The notes beneath the pieces are model-generated. The model was not told where the DNA came from and ran no database searches. It saw nothing but the letters and a program-made list of their open reading frames with translations. Below are positions 51,816 to 61,998 of a stretch of 64,000 nucleotides of DNA, one piece after another. Location of the stretch: IMG/VR virus record IMGVR_UViG_3300021440_000013, positions 62,001 to 126,000 of that record. The stretch is one strand, 5' to 3'. Position 1 is the first letter of the stretch. The number at the start of each line of letters is the position of its first letter. The translations under genes were made by a program, and so were the position numbers.

Positions 51816-52679
51816 ATGGATTACGTAGCAGGAAGTAATCTAACAGGTCGAGCCGTCTCAGGCTTTCCTTTATCGATCGGGACATCTCTTGCGCTGGAGT
51901 CGATCTTTGCCCCTCAGCAGAATCCCTACGACCCGCTTCGCAAAATCCCTCAGCAGATCGATCTGACCAAGTACCATACCTTCTGGGTCAACATCACTAC
52001 GCTTTACCGCAACATGATCGGGGCCGTCTCAAAAGAAGCCTATCAAAGCGTGGTGGCCGAAGAGCTATGCATGGCCCTCGAAGAAGAGATGGATGTCATC
52101 AATCTTCTTTTTCAAAACGAAGGGCAAAATCTTTGTAAGGTGAGCTATTATTATGGCGCCTACGAGAGCCTTGAAAAAGAAAAGACACCGGGTTTTGGTT
52201 TGCGTAAACCAACCACGCCCTCACAGATCCATTACCAGGGTCTTTTGGAGCATGTCTTAAAACTGCTCCAAAAGAGAACCGACACGATCCATGTCTTTAA
52301 AGATGCGGTAAAGCCAAAGCGCCGTGACCGCGCTTTAATCTTGACACATCAGCCCTACGACTTGGTGGATTTTAAACACTTTGACCGTCTGGATCTCCTG
52401 GAGAGTAACACAGGCGTGTTAAAGCCCCGTGCGCTATGGAGTACGAAATACAACCCCATGAGTGGTGTTTCGTTTTCAAATCTCCCGTTTACTCGCAAAC
52501 TCCTGATGATCTTTGGTGATCGGTATCTTATTAAACCGATTGGTCCGGTTAGAAAGCTGATCTTGGACGTGGCTGAGAAAAATAAGTGGACCGCTGTCAC
52601 CACTGAGGAAAAAGTTGACTTCGATGTTAATCGTAGTGTGAGAGATCCTTACGCGATCGCGGTCTTTAAAGCGCTTTAA
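51816..52679 (+). CDS. Conserved phiKZ-like core protein
   Basis: 'PLSIGTSLALES', 'N..TL.RN', 'LLES.TG'; synteny. Confidence 0.6.
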   Translation: MDYVAGSNLTGRAVSGFPLSIGTSLALESIFAPQQNPYDPLRKIPQQIDLTKYHTFWVNITTLYRNMIGAVSKEAYQSVVAEELCMALEEEMDVINLLFQNEGQNLCKVSYYYGAYESLEKEKTPGFGLRKPTTPSQIHYQGLLEHVLKLLQKRTDTIHVFKDAVKPKRRDRALILTHQPYDLVDFKHFDRLDLLESNTGVLKPRALWSTKYNPMSGVSFSNLPFTRKLLMIFGDRYLIKPIGPVRKLILDVAEKNKWTAVTTEEKVDFDVNRSVRDPYAIAVFKAL

Positions 52680-52684
52680 ATCAC

Positions 52685-52770
52685 CCCCGGATGGCGAAAC
52701 AAGGTATCCGCAGTGCGTTTAAAACGCACCGTCTTATGACTTACGGGTTCGAGTCCCGTTCCGGGGACCA
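52685..52770 (+). tRNA. tRNA-Leu (anticodon UAA)
   Basis: Acceptor ccccgga/tccgggg + A-CCA; anticodon arm gtgcg-tTTAAaa-cgcac region with TAA anticodon; long variable arm; GGTTCGAGTCC T-loop. Confidence 0.93.
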
Positions 52771-52794
52771 TCTTCTTTTACTAGGGATATCGCG

Positions 52795-53064
52795 ATGGAT
52801 ATCGATAGAAAATACATAATCAGTGCGCTCAATCCGTGCTCAGGCTCTCACCATACTCAAGAAGATTCGGTGCTTTTCTTGGCAAAAGACAAAGCGTTTC
52901 TTGAAGGGGTGCTACCGGGTTATCGTGCAAAGTGTGTTGAGCTTGGTGCAAATTCGGCACATATCGAGTCGATTGATCTTTTGATCGATCGCGTCAAACT
53001 GTACCAAGAGAGCGTTGAAGTCAAAGTCCCTGATACTGACCTGCCGTGTGAAATCCGGCGCTGA
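52795..53064 (+). CDS. Small hypothetical protein
   Basis: ORF directly after tRNA. Confidence 0.55.
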   Translation: MDIDRKYIISALNPCSGSHHTQEDSVLFLAKDKAFLEGVLPGYRAKCVELGANSAHIESIDLLIDRVKLYQESVEVKVPDTDLPCEIRR

Positions 53065-53080
53065 ATCGATGGAGAAGACC

Positions 53081-53410
53081 ATGCCTGAACTTAAAAAGGC
53101 TGTCACTCGTGAAGATGTCGAAGCGGTCATCACCGGTGAAGAATATATCACACGCCCACCCGGTCTTACGATCTGCATCCTCAGTCTTAAAAACGGTTCA
53201 AAACAAGTGGGTGTGAACTATGGGCATATCGATCCTGCCCAGCATGACTGGCTGCTTGGCCAACGTGCTGCAAGAACTGCTGCCTTTGCAAAAGTCTGGG
53301 AAGCTGAAGCATATCTTTTGCGCGAGCGCATAATGTCTGGCTGCTCCCCGGCGTGTCTTGAAAAAGACACCTCCTGTTTCACCAGTGGCGTTAATCGTAT
53401 CCAAGAATAA
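53081..53410 (+). CDS. N4 Gp49/Sf6 gp66 family protein
   Basis: 'VT..D....I..E.Y....LTICIL.LKNG...G....DP...D...G...A...AF.KVW..E.YLL'. Confidence 0.7.
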   Translation: MPELKKAVTREDVEAVITGEEYITRPPGLTICILSLKNGSKQVGVNYGHIDPAQHDWLLGQRAARTAAFAKVWEAEAYLLRERIMSGCSPACLEKDTSCFTSGVNRIQE

Positions 53411-53436
53411 CCTTTTCTTTTAAAAAGAGTCCCCTT

Positions 53437-54117
53437 ATGTCCAATCAAGAAAACGAAGTCTTTAGCCGTCCTAACGCTGATGCCAAGATTTATGATCTCG
53501 AACAGTTCACGCTCTGGACTGATCCGGTTGAAAAGGGTGGCAAGCGTCCGCGCCTGGTGTTCGGTGAGCGTAACGGCGCACCGCGTATTACGGTGTATCC
53601 GGGTCAAGAAGCGGTCAAGGTGGTGTGGATCGGTTTTGGTCCTGGTGAGTTCGAGATGTTCCTCACGACGTTTGAGCGTCTCGCTGCGGGTGAAAACGAC
53701 AAGGAGTGTTTTATCGACAACCTTGATCGTGATCCCAACGGCGATAAGCGGGACCCGAACCCTGCCAACAAAGTCGTGCGTAACCGCATGCAGTTTGGTA
53801 AAGATGCCAACGGTATTTGCTGGATGGGTTTCCAGCAAAAGAATCTGAAGCCGGTGCGCTTTAACATTGTCCCCAATGGTTGGCATAACTTCTATCGTGA
53901 AGGGGGCGCGAAACTCACCGAGTCCGAAGCATCGGCGCTTTACACGCGCGGTCTCATCAATATCTTGCGCCGAGTCTATGGACATTGGGCGACCCGCATC
54001 CGTCAACCGATGGAGCGTGGCCGCATGGGCGCGTCCAGCCCCGAGCAGCAACAACATGTTAATAAGGAACCCGCTGTGACCTCGATTTCGACATTTGACA
54101 ACGACATTCAGTTCTAA
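53437..54117 (+). CDS. Probable ChmC-like nucleic-acid-binding protein
   Basis: Synteny (immediately upstream of gp68-like gene), size, disordered tail ending FDNDIQF. Confidence 0.5.
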   Translation: MSNQENEVFSRPNADAKIYDLEQFTLWTDPVEKGGKRPRLVFGERNGAPRITVYPGQEAVKVVWIGFGPGEFEMFLTTFERLAAGENDKECFIDNLDRDPNGDKRDPNPANKVVRNRMQFGKDANGICWMGFQQKNLKPVRFNIVPNGWHNFYREGGAKLTESEASALYTRGLINILRRVYGHWATRIRQPMERGRMGASSPEQQQHVNKEPAVTSISTFDNDIQF

Positions 54118-54249
54118 CTAAGAGCTGAACACACCCTAGGTGCAGGACTCTCCTTTGCGGGAGAGTCCTGCACCTAAACATAGGTCAATCACATATATCT
54201 TACCTGACCACAAAGCGATGGTTGTCACTTAACGGAGGCTTACAATAAC

Positions 54250-55779
54250 ATGAAGATGTATGCAGAGATTCAAAATGCTAAGCCTGAAGTCCACATTGAA
54301 CACGCCGGGCGTATCATTGCCTTCTCGGCAAGTGTCTTCACAAAACGCTCTTTTGAAGGGACGTTCGACGTATTTGAAAACATCAACCGGTTCTGGGAAA
54401 GACTGCCTTTCAAGCAGCAGCAAGAGATCTTCGATGTGTACGACCAGGTCTACATCGGGATTGACCAGATTAGAAAGTCTAAGGATCTGCATGAGTTTCT
54501 GAACGAGCAGGTTAAAATAATCATCAAATATCATCCGCTTGATCGTTTAGAGGATTTTCTTTCACTCGAAACCAGCATTCATATTCCGAGCACATGTAAG
54601 GAAGAGTATTTCGACGACGTTAACGATAACAACACGCGCGATAAAACCTATACCGCCAAAGACTACAAACGCCTCTTGGCGTTCTCGCTCTTTTTAAGAA
54701 CTTTGATTCCGGTCTGGGGCGAGTACATCAGCTCAACGCGTAAAGACACCGGAATGGAGTATAAGGAGTATGTCGCGCTTCAGCTCCTAACCGGAACTGG
54801 GATGCTCGAGTGCGAGGCGGCACGTAAGCTTCAAGTCTACATCGATCAAATTACACGAGAGAAGCATTATAATCTTGAGAAGATCTTGAACGGTGTGAGT
54901 AGTGAAGACATGGGGTTTTTGCTCTTTGCTCTGGTGTGTGTGCGTAAGCTGTGTGTAGGAGACCTTCGGGCTGAAGACGATAAAAGTCATCTGGTTGCTT
55001 TGGTTTATAAGTACCTCTATCAGAAGGTCTTTAATCCTTCTGAAGCGGGCAGTATGGTTCAAGAAAAGCGTTTTACTGAAGCAGGCTCAAGTTCTGATCA
55101 GAATAAACGCTCAATCATGGAAAGTTATAAGAAAAGAGCCGAGCTCTCTAAAGGCGAAGTCCAAGAGTTCGAATTTGCAATGCAGAACCTGTACGGCACT
55201 GCGCGTCGTCTAGCCCCATCGATCACTAAAGAAGAAATCGATGCGGCACTCGAAAGTACGTACGAGCATCGGCACGAGCGCCTAGGTAAGCCTCAGCTGG
55301 ACCTGATGGCATGGACCTTTAAGACCGTGTTTCCTCCGCGATCACTTCAGTATGTCTTAAAAAGCTCTAACTTTAAACAACTGGCGGTATTAGAAGCTGT
55401 GTTATGGAACTGGGGACACAAGTACCTTTCGATTCTTGCTACCAGCCACATGGTCATTGGGCGTGATGAGATTCATATCACCTCAATCGACAGTCGTGGA
55501 CAAATTCCAATTGAGCTGCAAGCAGAAATCTTCAAATATTACCCTTATACATGGAGCAGCTTTAAACGCAGTACCCAAACCACCACGCAAGAGCCCCATC
55601 CTGTTTTACAAGACATCGATCTGATGGTCGATGAGTTTGCAAAAAACTCATGGAGAAGTACCGCGCACGAAAGTAAACTGATCGAGGTGTTTGGCGATAC
55701 ACGTCGCCGTGTCCCCATTTTCTCAACTATTAAAAATGATCTAGCGCGATTGATCGTTGACATTGAGAATCGTCGTTAA
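54250..55779 (+). CDS. nvRNAP sigma-like subunit (phiKZ gp68-like)
   Basis: 509 aa; 'TY...DY..L......R...PVWGEY'; synteny. Confidence 0.6.
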   Translation: MKMYAEIQNAKPEVHIEHAGRIIAFSASVFTKRSFEGTFDVFENINRFWERLPFKQQQEIFDVYDQVYIGIDQIRKSKDLHEFLNEQVKIIIKYHPLDRLEDFLSLETSIHIPSTCKEEYFDDVNDNNTRDKTYTAKDYKRLLAFSLFLRTLIPVWGEYISSTRKDTGMEYKEYVALQLLTGTGMLECEAARKLQVYIDQITREKHYNLEKILNGVSSEDMGFLLFALVCVRKLCVGDLRAEDDKSHLVALVYKYLYQKVFNPSEAGSMVQEKRFTEAGSSSDQNKRSIMESYKKRAELSKGEVQEFEFAMQNLYGTARRLAPSITKEEIDAALESTYEHRHERLGKPQLDLMAWTFKTVFPPRSLQYVLKSSNFKQLAVLEAVLWNWGHKYLSILATSHMVIGRDEIHITSIDSRGQIPIELQAEIFKYYPYTWSSFKRSTQTTTQEPHPVLQDIDLMVDEFAKNSWRSTAHESKLIEVFGDTRRRVPIFSTIKNDLARLIVDIENRR

Positions 55780-55808
55780 CTCCCCTTGTCCAAGGAGAAA
55801 AAAGAACT

Positions 55809-57278
55809 ATGAACAGCCAGATCTTCGTTGCAAACATGCTCATCCAAGAGACGGGTACGTTTAATCAGCTCTATGCGCGCCCCTACGCAGCCCACACCAC
55901 CAATGAATCGCTCGAGATTCTTTCTCGACGTCTTGAGTCGACGATGTACGGTGATCCGTCGTCCCGTGTGATGGGTTCTTTGATCGCGGGTATCTCAAGT
56001 GGTCTTGTGATGCCCGACGCGTCCTGGGAGCGTCGTCTCTCGATCCCGAATGGTTGGAATGAACGGCGCCTGCGCTTTATCATGGAAGTGCATGTTCAGG
56101 CGGCCTTTAACACACAGGTCTACTACCTACAAGGGTACTCGGATCACGTCGGCGTCTCTGCAACGGGTTTTATTGACCCCCAGATGCCGTTCTTCATCAA
56201 CAGCTACGTACGCGTGGGTCGAAGCACCGATTATACCAACGTCGGCATGACGATTGACCGAGTCAGTGAAATGGCCCAAGTGATCAATGGTCAGTTCCAC
56301 ATCACGGACGCCATCTCGGGCCAGGTCTTTACGCTTCGGCCAGAAGACCTCATGGTCGGCATCCAGAGTAATTATTTCAACGACGCATTTGCAAGTAGCG
56401 GGAGTCCGTCTGTGGGTAACATGCTCGATACGCGCACACGAGGCTTGCCCTCTACGGTGCGCTCTAACCGCAGTAATGCCATCCCGAGTAACTTCATCGC
56501 TAATTACATCTCGGGGTATCGTCGTGCGGCGTATTCGGCTGAGTTTGGCCGGGGAGATGAAGATATCTACACGCGCACGATCCAAGACCTGCATGAGCCC
56601 TCGCCGTATGAGAATCCGTTTATTCGTGCACTGAGTCAGGTAACGGGGATCCCCAACACCACGACCTTTACGATGAGTGATCTGGTTTCGATTGATCCGG
56701 ATGCGGTCAGTTCTGGACGCGTCAGCTATCAGCCTGCGCGTGATGTTTTCCAACTCCATCAGACAGGGCAGACTGAGGACTGGGGTGGTGCGAACCTTAA
56801 GACCCAGTTGGCGACGCTTTTGATCAACTCCGTCTCGGGTTTGATGATCGACTGCATGTTGAAATCGATCGCGCTTGACACAACCACGCTTACGGTAGAT
56901 GGACAGCCGTATACGCGGATCATCAACGCACAAAGCTTCACCAATATGAATCTGTCTGCACACTTCGTGCGGTTCATTGAGCGGTTTAACTCCGAAATTC
57001 TTCCGGACGTTACCTACAACGGCAGCTTTGCGATCGACGCGGTCATCATGATCGATCTTCATGGCCAGAGTTCTGTCGATATCTCGGTTGATGGGGATGC
57101 TCGGATCCCCTATGCGGCACCGAGTTTCTGCGATTCGATCTTCACACCCGTGGTAACGACGGACACTAACCGCTATCACGATTTGATTAACGGCATGGAA
57201 TACATTACCAAGGCGGTCGAGTCTGCTGTGCCTCGGCTCTTCACTGCGGGTGGTGACAACCTGGTTCACGACGTCTAA
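55809..57278 (+). CDS. Probable PicA/Imp1 nuclear import factor (phiKZ gp69-like)
   Basis: 'ETGT......RPY', 'IPNGW.E.RLRF', 'YLQGYSDH', 'P.FCDS...PV.T'; synteny. Confidence 0.55.
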   Translation: MNSQIFVANMLIQETGTFNQLYARPYAAHTTNESLEILSRRLESTMYGDPSSRVMGSLIAGISSGLVMPDASWERRLSIPNGWNERRLRFIMEVHVQAAFNTQVYYLQGYSDHVGVSATGFIDPQMPFFINSYVRVGRSTDYTNVGMTIDRVSEMAQVINGQFHITDAISGQVFTLRPEDLMVGIQSNYFNDAFASSGSPSVGNMLDTRTRGLPSTVRSNRSNAIPSNFIANYISGYRRAAYSAEFGRGDEDIYTRTIQDLHEPSPYENPFIRALSQVTGIPNTTTFTMSDLVSIDPDAVSSGRVSYQPARDVFQLHQTGQTEDWGGANLKTQLATLLINSVSGLMIDCMLKSIALDTTTLTVDGQPYTRIINAQSFTNMNLSAHFVRFIERFNSEILPDVTYNGSFAIDAVIMIDLHGQSSVDISVDGDARIPYAAPSFCDSIFTPVVTTDTNRYHDLINGMEYITKAVESAVPRLFTAGGDNLVHDV

Positions 57279-57293
57279 AAAGGAAAAAACGGC

Positions 57294-58754
57294 ATGTCTA
57301 AACTGATTGAGCTGTATAAGAACATCCTTGAATACGCCACGATGCGCCCTAACGAAAATGGCGAACTCGACACGGTTCTGGATGATATAAAGAAACCTAC
57401 GCTGATCGGTAATAAGCGTCTCATGATGCCTACTGAGAAAAATCTCAAGCATTATGATCCAGAAACACAGGTCATCTTCCATCCGCTGCAAGAGTTTGTT
57501 GATCGTGGTGAGTCGGATGTTGTTAAGCGACTTCGCTTGTCGCTTAACATCAGGATCAACTACGTTACGTTTGTAATCACGGCAGCGCTCTTTCGTATCG
57601 TGGCATCCCCTGCGATCCATAAAGAACTTACGCCTGAGCAGCGCGAACTTCTGCTGTCTTTGCCTAAGGTCGATGGAAACACGGAGAAGAACTATATCGA
57701 CTTCGTGATTAAACACTATAAGGAGCATGAGAGTCGTTTCTTCACCAACATCTACCTGAAAAAATCCGGGACGTACCAAGGCGTTAAGCATCCGCGTATC
57801 GGCGTGGTGACCTTTCCGTTCTATGAGTTCGTTGAGAACCCTGAGCTCAAGGTCAGGAAAATTGATCGAGAAAGCTTCGCGGCGATGCTGCGTTTCGTCT
57901 TTCCTGAAAGTGAAACCGACGCGGAGGCGTTTAATTCATTCTCAGACAATCACGACGCACCATGGCTCAACGCGCTTCTTAAGACCAGCTATCGGCTAAC
58001 CAGTCGTCTTAACGAACTGGTTGATCTTTACGCTGAACACATCCCTGACGCAGCCACACTTAAGTTCAACCTTAAGTGGCTTGAACCGATGGATGATTTG
58101 AAGCCGTACCGCGGAGAGATTCTCAAGATCCCGGCCCAGAAAGGCAATGGAGGTTCAGCAGTTGTCGAAGAAGTCGCTAAGGTTCCGTCACCCGCAGCTC
58201 TTGCACCCACAGCCGCTCCGGCGGCGATTCCGATGCCGACCCCGCAATACACCCAGACGCCGCCAGTGCCCATGCAAGCCCCGCCTCAGCAGCCGGTTTA
58301 CTATCCCGGCTCTCCAGGCATCGCGCCGGGATACTACTATCCATACCAACTGCAACAGTTTATTCAACAACAACCCCAGCCGCCTCAGCAGCCTCCAGTA
58401 CCAACCAAGACGGCTGACGGTAAGTTGAGTTTTCAAGCCGTTGAAAGGGCTAACCCGATGGTCGCAGCAAGCGGCAATATCCCATCGCCGCTTAATCCAT
58501 GGGCAGGGCAGTATGCCACCCAGATGCCGCAGCAGATGGTTGCTCAAGGCCCCGGTATCCCTGCGCTCGCTCCAACCGGTCCGCAGATGTTCTATCAGCA
58601 GGTGCCTCAGCAGCAGTTTGTTCAGCAGCCGGGTTTGGTCTTACCCGGATATGTCCAACCCTTAACCCAGCAACAACTCATGCAAGAGCAGTACATGCAG
58701 AGCCAGCGGACACAACAGGCTTATGCTCAACCGGGTAGTGTGTACGCAGTCTAA
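57294..58754 (+). CDS. Conserved phiKZ gp70-like protein with Pro/Gln-rich tail
   Basis: 'KRL.MPT', 'FHPL.E...RGES.V'; synteny. Confidence 0.55.
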   Translation: MSKLIELYKNILEYATMRPNENGELDTVLDDIKKPTLIGNKRLMMPTEKNLKHYDPETQVIFHPLQEFVDRGESDVVKRLRLSLNIRINYVTFVITAALFRIVASPAIHKELTPEQRELLLSLPKVDGNTEKNYIDFVIKHYKEHESRFFTNIYLKKSGTYQGVKHPRIGVVTFPFYEFVENPELKVRKIDRESFAAMLRFVFPESETDAEAFNSFSDNHDAPWLNALLKTSYRLTSRLNELVDLYAEHIPDAATLKFNLKWLEPMDDLKPYRGEILKIPAQKGNGGSAVVEEVAKVPSPAALAPTAAPAAIPMPTPQYTQTPPVPMQAPPQQPVYYPGSPGIAPGYYYPYQLQQFIQQQPQPPQQPPVPTKTADGKLSFQAVERANPMVAASGNIPSPLNPWAGQYATQMPQQMVAQGPGIPALAPTGPQMFYQQVPQQQFVQQPGLVLPGYVQPLTQQQLMQEQYMQSQRTQQAYAQPGSVYAV

Positions 58755-58811
58755 CCATTAAGCATACGTACAGGAGGGGTCTAAAAACCCCTCCTGTGTG
58801 CTTTTCTTTTT

Positions 58812-59141
58812 CTAATCTTCAAGACTGTCGTAGAGCTGGATGATCGCACTCGCTTCACTGATGTTAGGGATACGTAAAGAATCCCTCAGACCATCATAAT
58901 CGCTTGAGGACACCATATCGTTCATCCGCATGACTAAGAAATGGTATTTTCTTTCAATACCCAGAAATAATAGTAGGCCATAGAGGTCACCCTTATATTT
59001 CTCTGCGTCAAGGCCGGTTATGGAAACCACATCGGTGGTGGTTTTATTTTTAAAGTATTCGACGTGCGTTTCTAAGTGAACGTAGAAGCGTGGATCGAGC
59101 ACCATACTTTCAGGGATATCTAAACTAGCGAGAAGCGACAT
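58812..59141 (-). CDS. Conserved hypothetical protein
   Basis: 'KY.GD.YGLL...GI......MRMN...S..D....L.IP'. Confidence 0.6.
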   Translation of the reverse strand: MSLLASLDIPESMVLDPRFYVHLETHVEYFKNKTTTDVVSITGLDAEKYKGDLYGLLLFLGIERKYHFLVMRMNDMVSSSDYDGLRDSLRIPNISEASAIIQLYDSLED

Positions 59142-59288
59142 AGGTCACAAGCCTTTTAAATAAGGGGTTAACTTTTCATTCAATTTATTTCTTTCCAGGA
59201 CACTTTTTCTAGAAAACCTTTGGTAATATATATCTTACTTGACAGTCGATGTCATTTTTAAACTCTCTCTGTCCAAGGAGCTCAGTCA

Positions 59289-61998
59289 ATGGAAAATAAA
59301 AAAGCACTTTATCGACGCGTCAATGAACTTCACCCAGAGCTTCTGGGTGTGCACGCACTTAACTATGCGACCGCGTATAACGCGCCTGCCCGTGGCGTGA
59401 TGTTTGCGGGACACTGGGCTCAGCGACTTGTCATCAAAGGCTCTGAGCCCAAGATTATCCAGACGGGCGCTGAAGAAGAGTTTGGGAAATACACACTCTC
59501 GATCAAGATGCCCAAGGACGGTGTGATTCTTCGGGTCATTGAGCGTTATTCAACCAATTCCCCCACGGATCAGATTGGTTTTAATCCTGAAACGCTGGTG
59601 ATCTACCGGGCACACGAAACCGGCGAAGTAGACTGCTTTACCATCCCATACCATTCAAACTACCATCCGAACTTTGGCTTTAAATATGAGCCAAAGGAAG
59701 CCTACGAGGAACTAGTTGTTGGGCGTAGTTTTCCGAAGGACACGGTCATTGCGGACTCTCCTGCCGTAAAAGGAGAGTCGCACTACACCTACGGAAGGAA
59801 TCTAAACGTCGTCTACATGAGTCACCCGAACGTTGGTTTGGACGGCTATGTCATTTCTCGAGATGTTCTCGATGAGTTTGAATTTCGTTTTTACGAGACA
59901 CGCACTGTCGAGTTTGGTGCCAATGAGTTTCCACTCAACATCTACGGAACTGAGGAGATCTATAAGCCGTTTCCTGAGATCGGTGAATATATCCGTGAGG
60001 ATGGGTTGGTGGCAGCACTACGGCGTTTCGAGTCCTCGCTATCACCTGCTTTGTTAAGTCGAAAAGACCTCATGGAGGTCGATCAGTATTTCGACAACCG
60101 AACATACTCCCGTCCTGGTGTGGGTCGTGTGGTCGACATGGTGGTGATCCACTCAGAAAACATCAACCGACAACTGCCTCCGCAGATGACGGATCAGCTC
60201 AATAAATACGCACGGGCATTGATCCGTTTTCATAAGGAGATCGTGAACTTTGACATCCATACTACGGTCGAACACCGTAAACAACACGGCGGCGCAAAAC
60301 CACGCTACAGTGAACAGCTTCAACGTTTGATCGTTGAATCGCTGGCGATGGTCGAGAACGAAAACCCAAGGAGTCGTCAAAACCTCACGCTGGCTTATCG
60401 GAAAGAACCCTTAGATGGCTGGCGCGTCACTTTTACGATCGAATATTTGATAAAACCAGACCGCGGGTTCAAGATCACCTGCGAAAATGGTGGTTTGTAC
60501 ATAGTCACTACACACTAGCGGTTTTATATACTCTGTGGAACTCATACAACCACGGAGTATAGCCATGAAAATAGAAGCGTTTCGAGTAATACCGGGATTC
60601 GAGGAATGGTGCATCGCGCGGGATGGTAAGATCTATCACGCTAAGACTGGAAAAAGAATTCGCACCCATCAGTCGCACTGAAAACAAAGTATTCGGATCA
60701 ACTCGAGACAGAAAAGTGTGCAGTAGATTAAAAACAAGCCTTACGTGCGGCGAAAGCCTACGTAATATCCCGAAGAATTGCTGGGACGTCCTAAGAGCCT
60801 CACTACCACAAGCATCGCGAAAGAAGATGTTGACGGTTTGAAAAGTGTGAGGATAGTGCAGTGGGCAATCAGCAGCCGTCTTGGCCTGTCGTAAGACGAC
60901 CTCGAGGTTCAACGACTATCCCCTTACCAGGGAGTACACTTAAGTGAGTGGAAGTATCGGGTACCCAAACAGATCACGCTGTGGGTAAAGATATAGTCTC
61001 GCCTGCATGGAAAGCATGCAGCTGCACGTTATGGTGCGGGTGGTGTCTAACGAACACTGCTGAAGGTCGCGAAGGGTGTTATTTGTCGCATCGAAGAGCC
61101 GGAGAACATGCCAGTGGATGCAGATGGAAATCGCGCAGACATCATCTCAGGTCCTGACTCGATTCCGGGCCGGATGAACCTAGGGCGTCTTTATACGCCC
61201 TATTTTACTGGCGCAGCACGCGATGTTCGCAAACAGATGTTAGAAGAAATGGGTTTCGATCGAAACTTCAAAGGTCCGATCGAAACGTCCGCGTTACACA
61301 CCATCGACCCCGTTCGATATCAACACGGTATCAAAACCTTACTTCTTTTCTATTCAATTGTTTCACCCCGAACCTACAAGGAATTCACGGAGATCCTGAC
61401 AGACGAAGAGCGCCTAGAGTGGGTCGCGAAAATCATTAACGATAAGATCTATCTATACATCCCGATCGAGAGTGAACACATGCTCGACGAGATGGTGTTG
61501 ATGATTGAGAAGAATTTTAAATTAGTCTATGGTCCGGTCTCATACGTGGGGCGAAGTGGCCAACGTGTCGTTACGCGTGATAAGTTTAGGATCGCGCCAC
61601 TACCCATGATGCTTCTCGATAAGATCGCTGACACATGGCTTTCTGTGGATATCGGTAAGTATAACAACTTTGGTCTCGTGGCCGCCATGAATAAGGCCGA
61701 TAAATATTCGGCACCTTGGAAAAAGACGCCTCCACGGGTACTGGGTGAAACCGAAAGTGGTCTCTATGTCTCTTATGGGGGTCGCGAAATGATCGCTGAG
61801 CTTCATGACCGAACCGGCGCCGTGGCCAGTCAAAAGGAGATTTCCAAAACCATCCTGGGTGCCGCCGATCCGATCAACATCGAAGAAGTGATTAACAGGG
61901 AGAAAGTTCCGTTGGGTAATTCTCGCCCGATCCAGATTTCGCAGCATCTGTTTAACTGCGCTGGTTTTTCGATTGTCTATAGTGAAGAGAAAGTATGA
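59289..61998 (+). CDS. Non-virion RNA polymerase beta C-terminal subunit (phiKZ gp71-73-like), exons 59289-60494 and 61072-61998 (710 aa spliced)
   Basis: Splicing restores GFKITCENGG|KGVI...MP.DADG.RADII...GRMNLG. Confidence 0.88.
60495..61071 (+). ncRNA. Group I intron of beta (577 nt)
   Basis: P1 ggtggt/gtcact with U.G; aattgctggga, aatcagcag, P7 GACTA/TAGTC; terminal G. Confidence 0.88.
60565..60681 (+). pseudogene. Truncated NUMOD4/HNH-type homing endonuclease remnant inside the intron
   Basis: GGAG RBS + MKIEAFRVIPGFEEWCIARDGKIYHAKTGKRIRTHQSH*, resembling the N-terminus of phage HNH endonucleases. Confidence 0.6.

Noticed and set aside
56127-57791. 554 aa minus-strand ORF and other long antisense ORFs
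   Set aside because: Shadow frames of well-supported + strand genes, with no recognisable motifs
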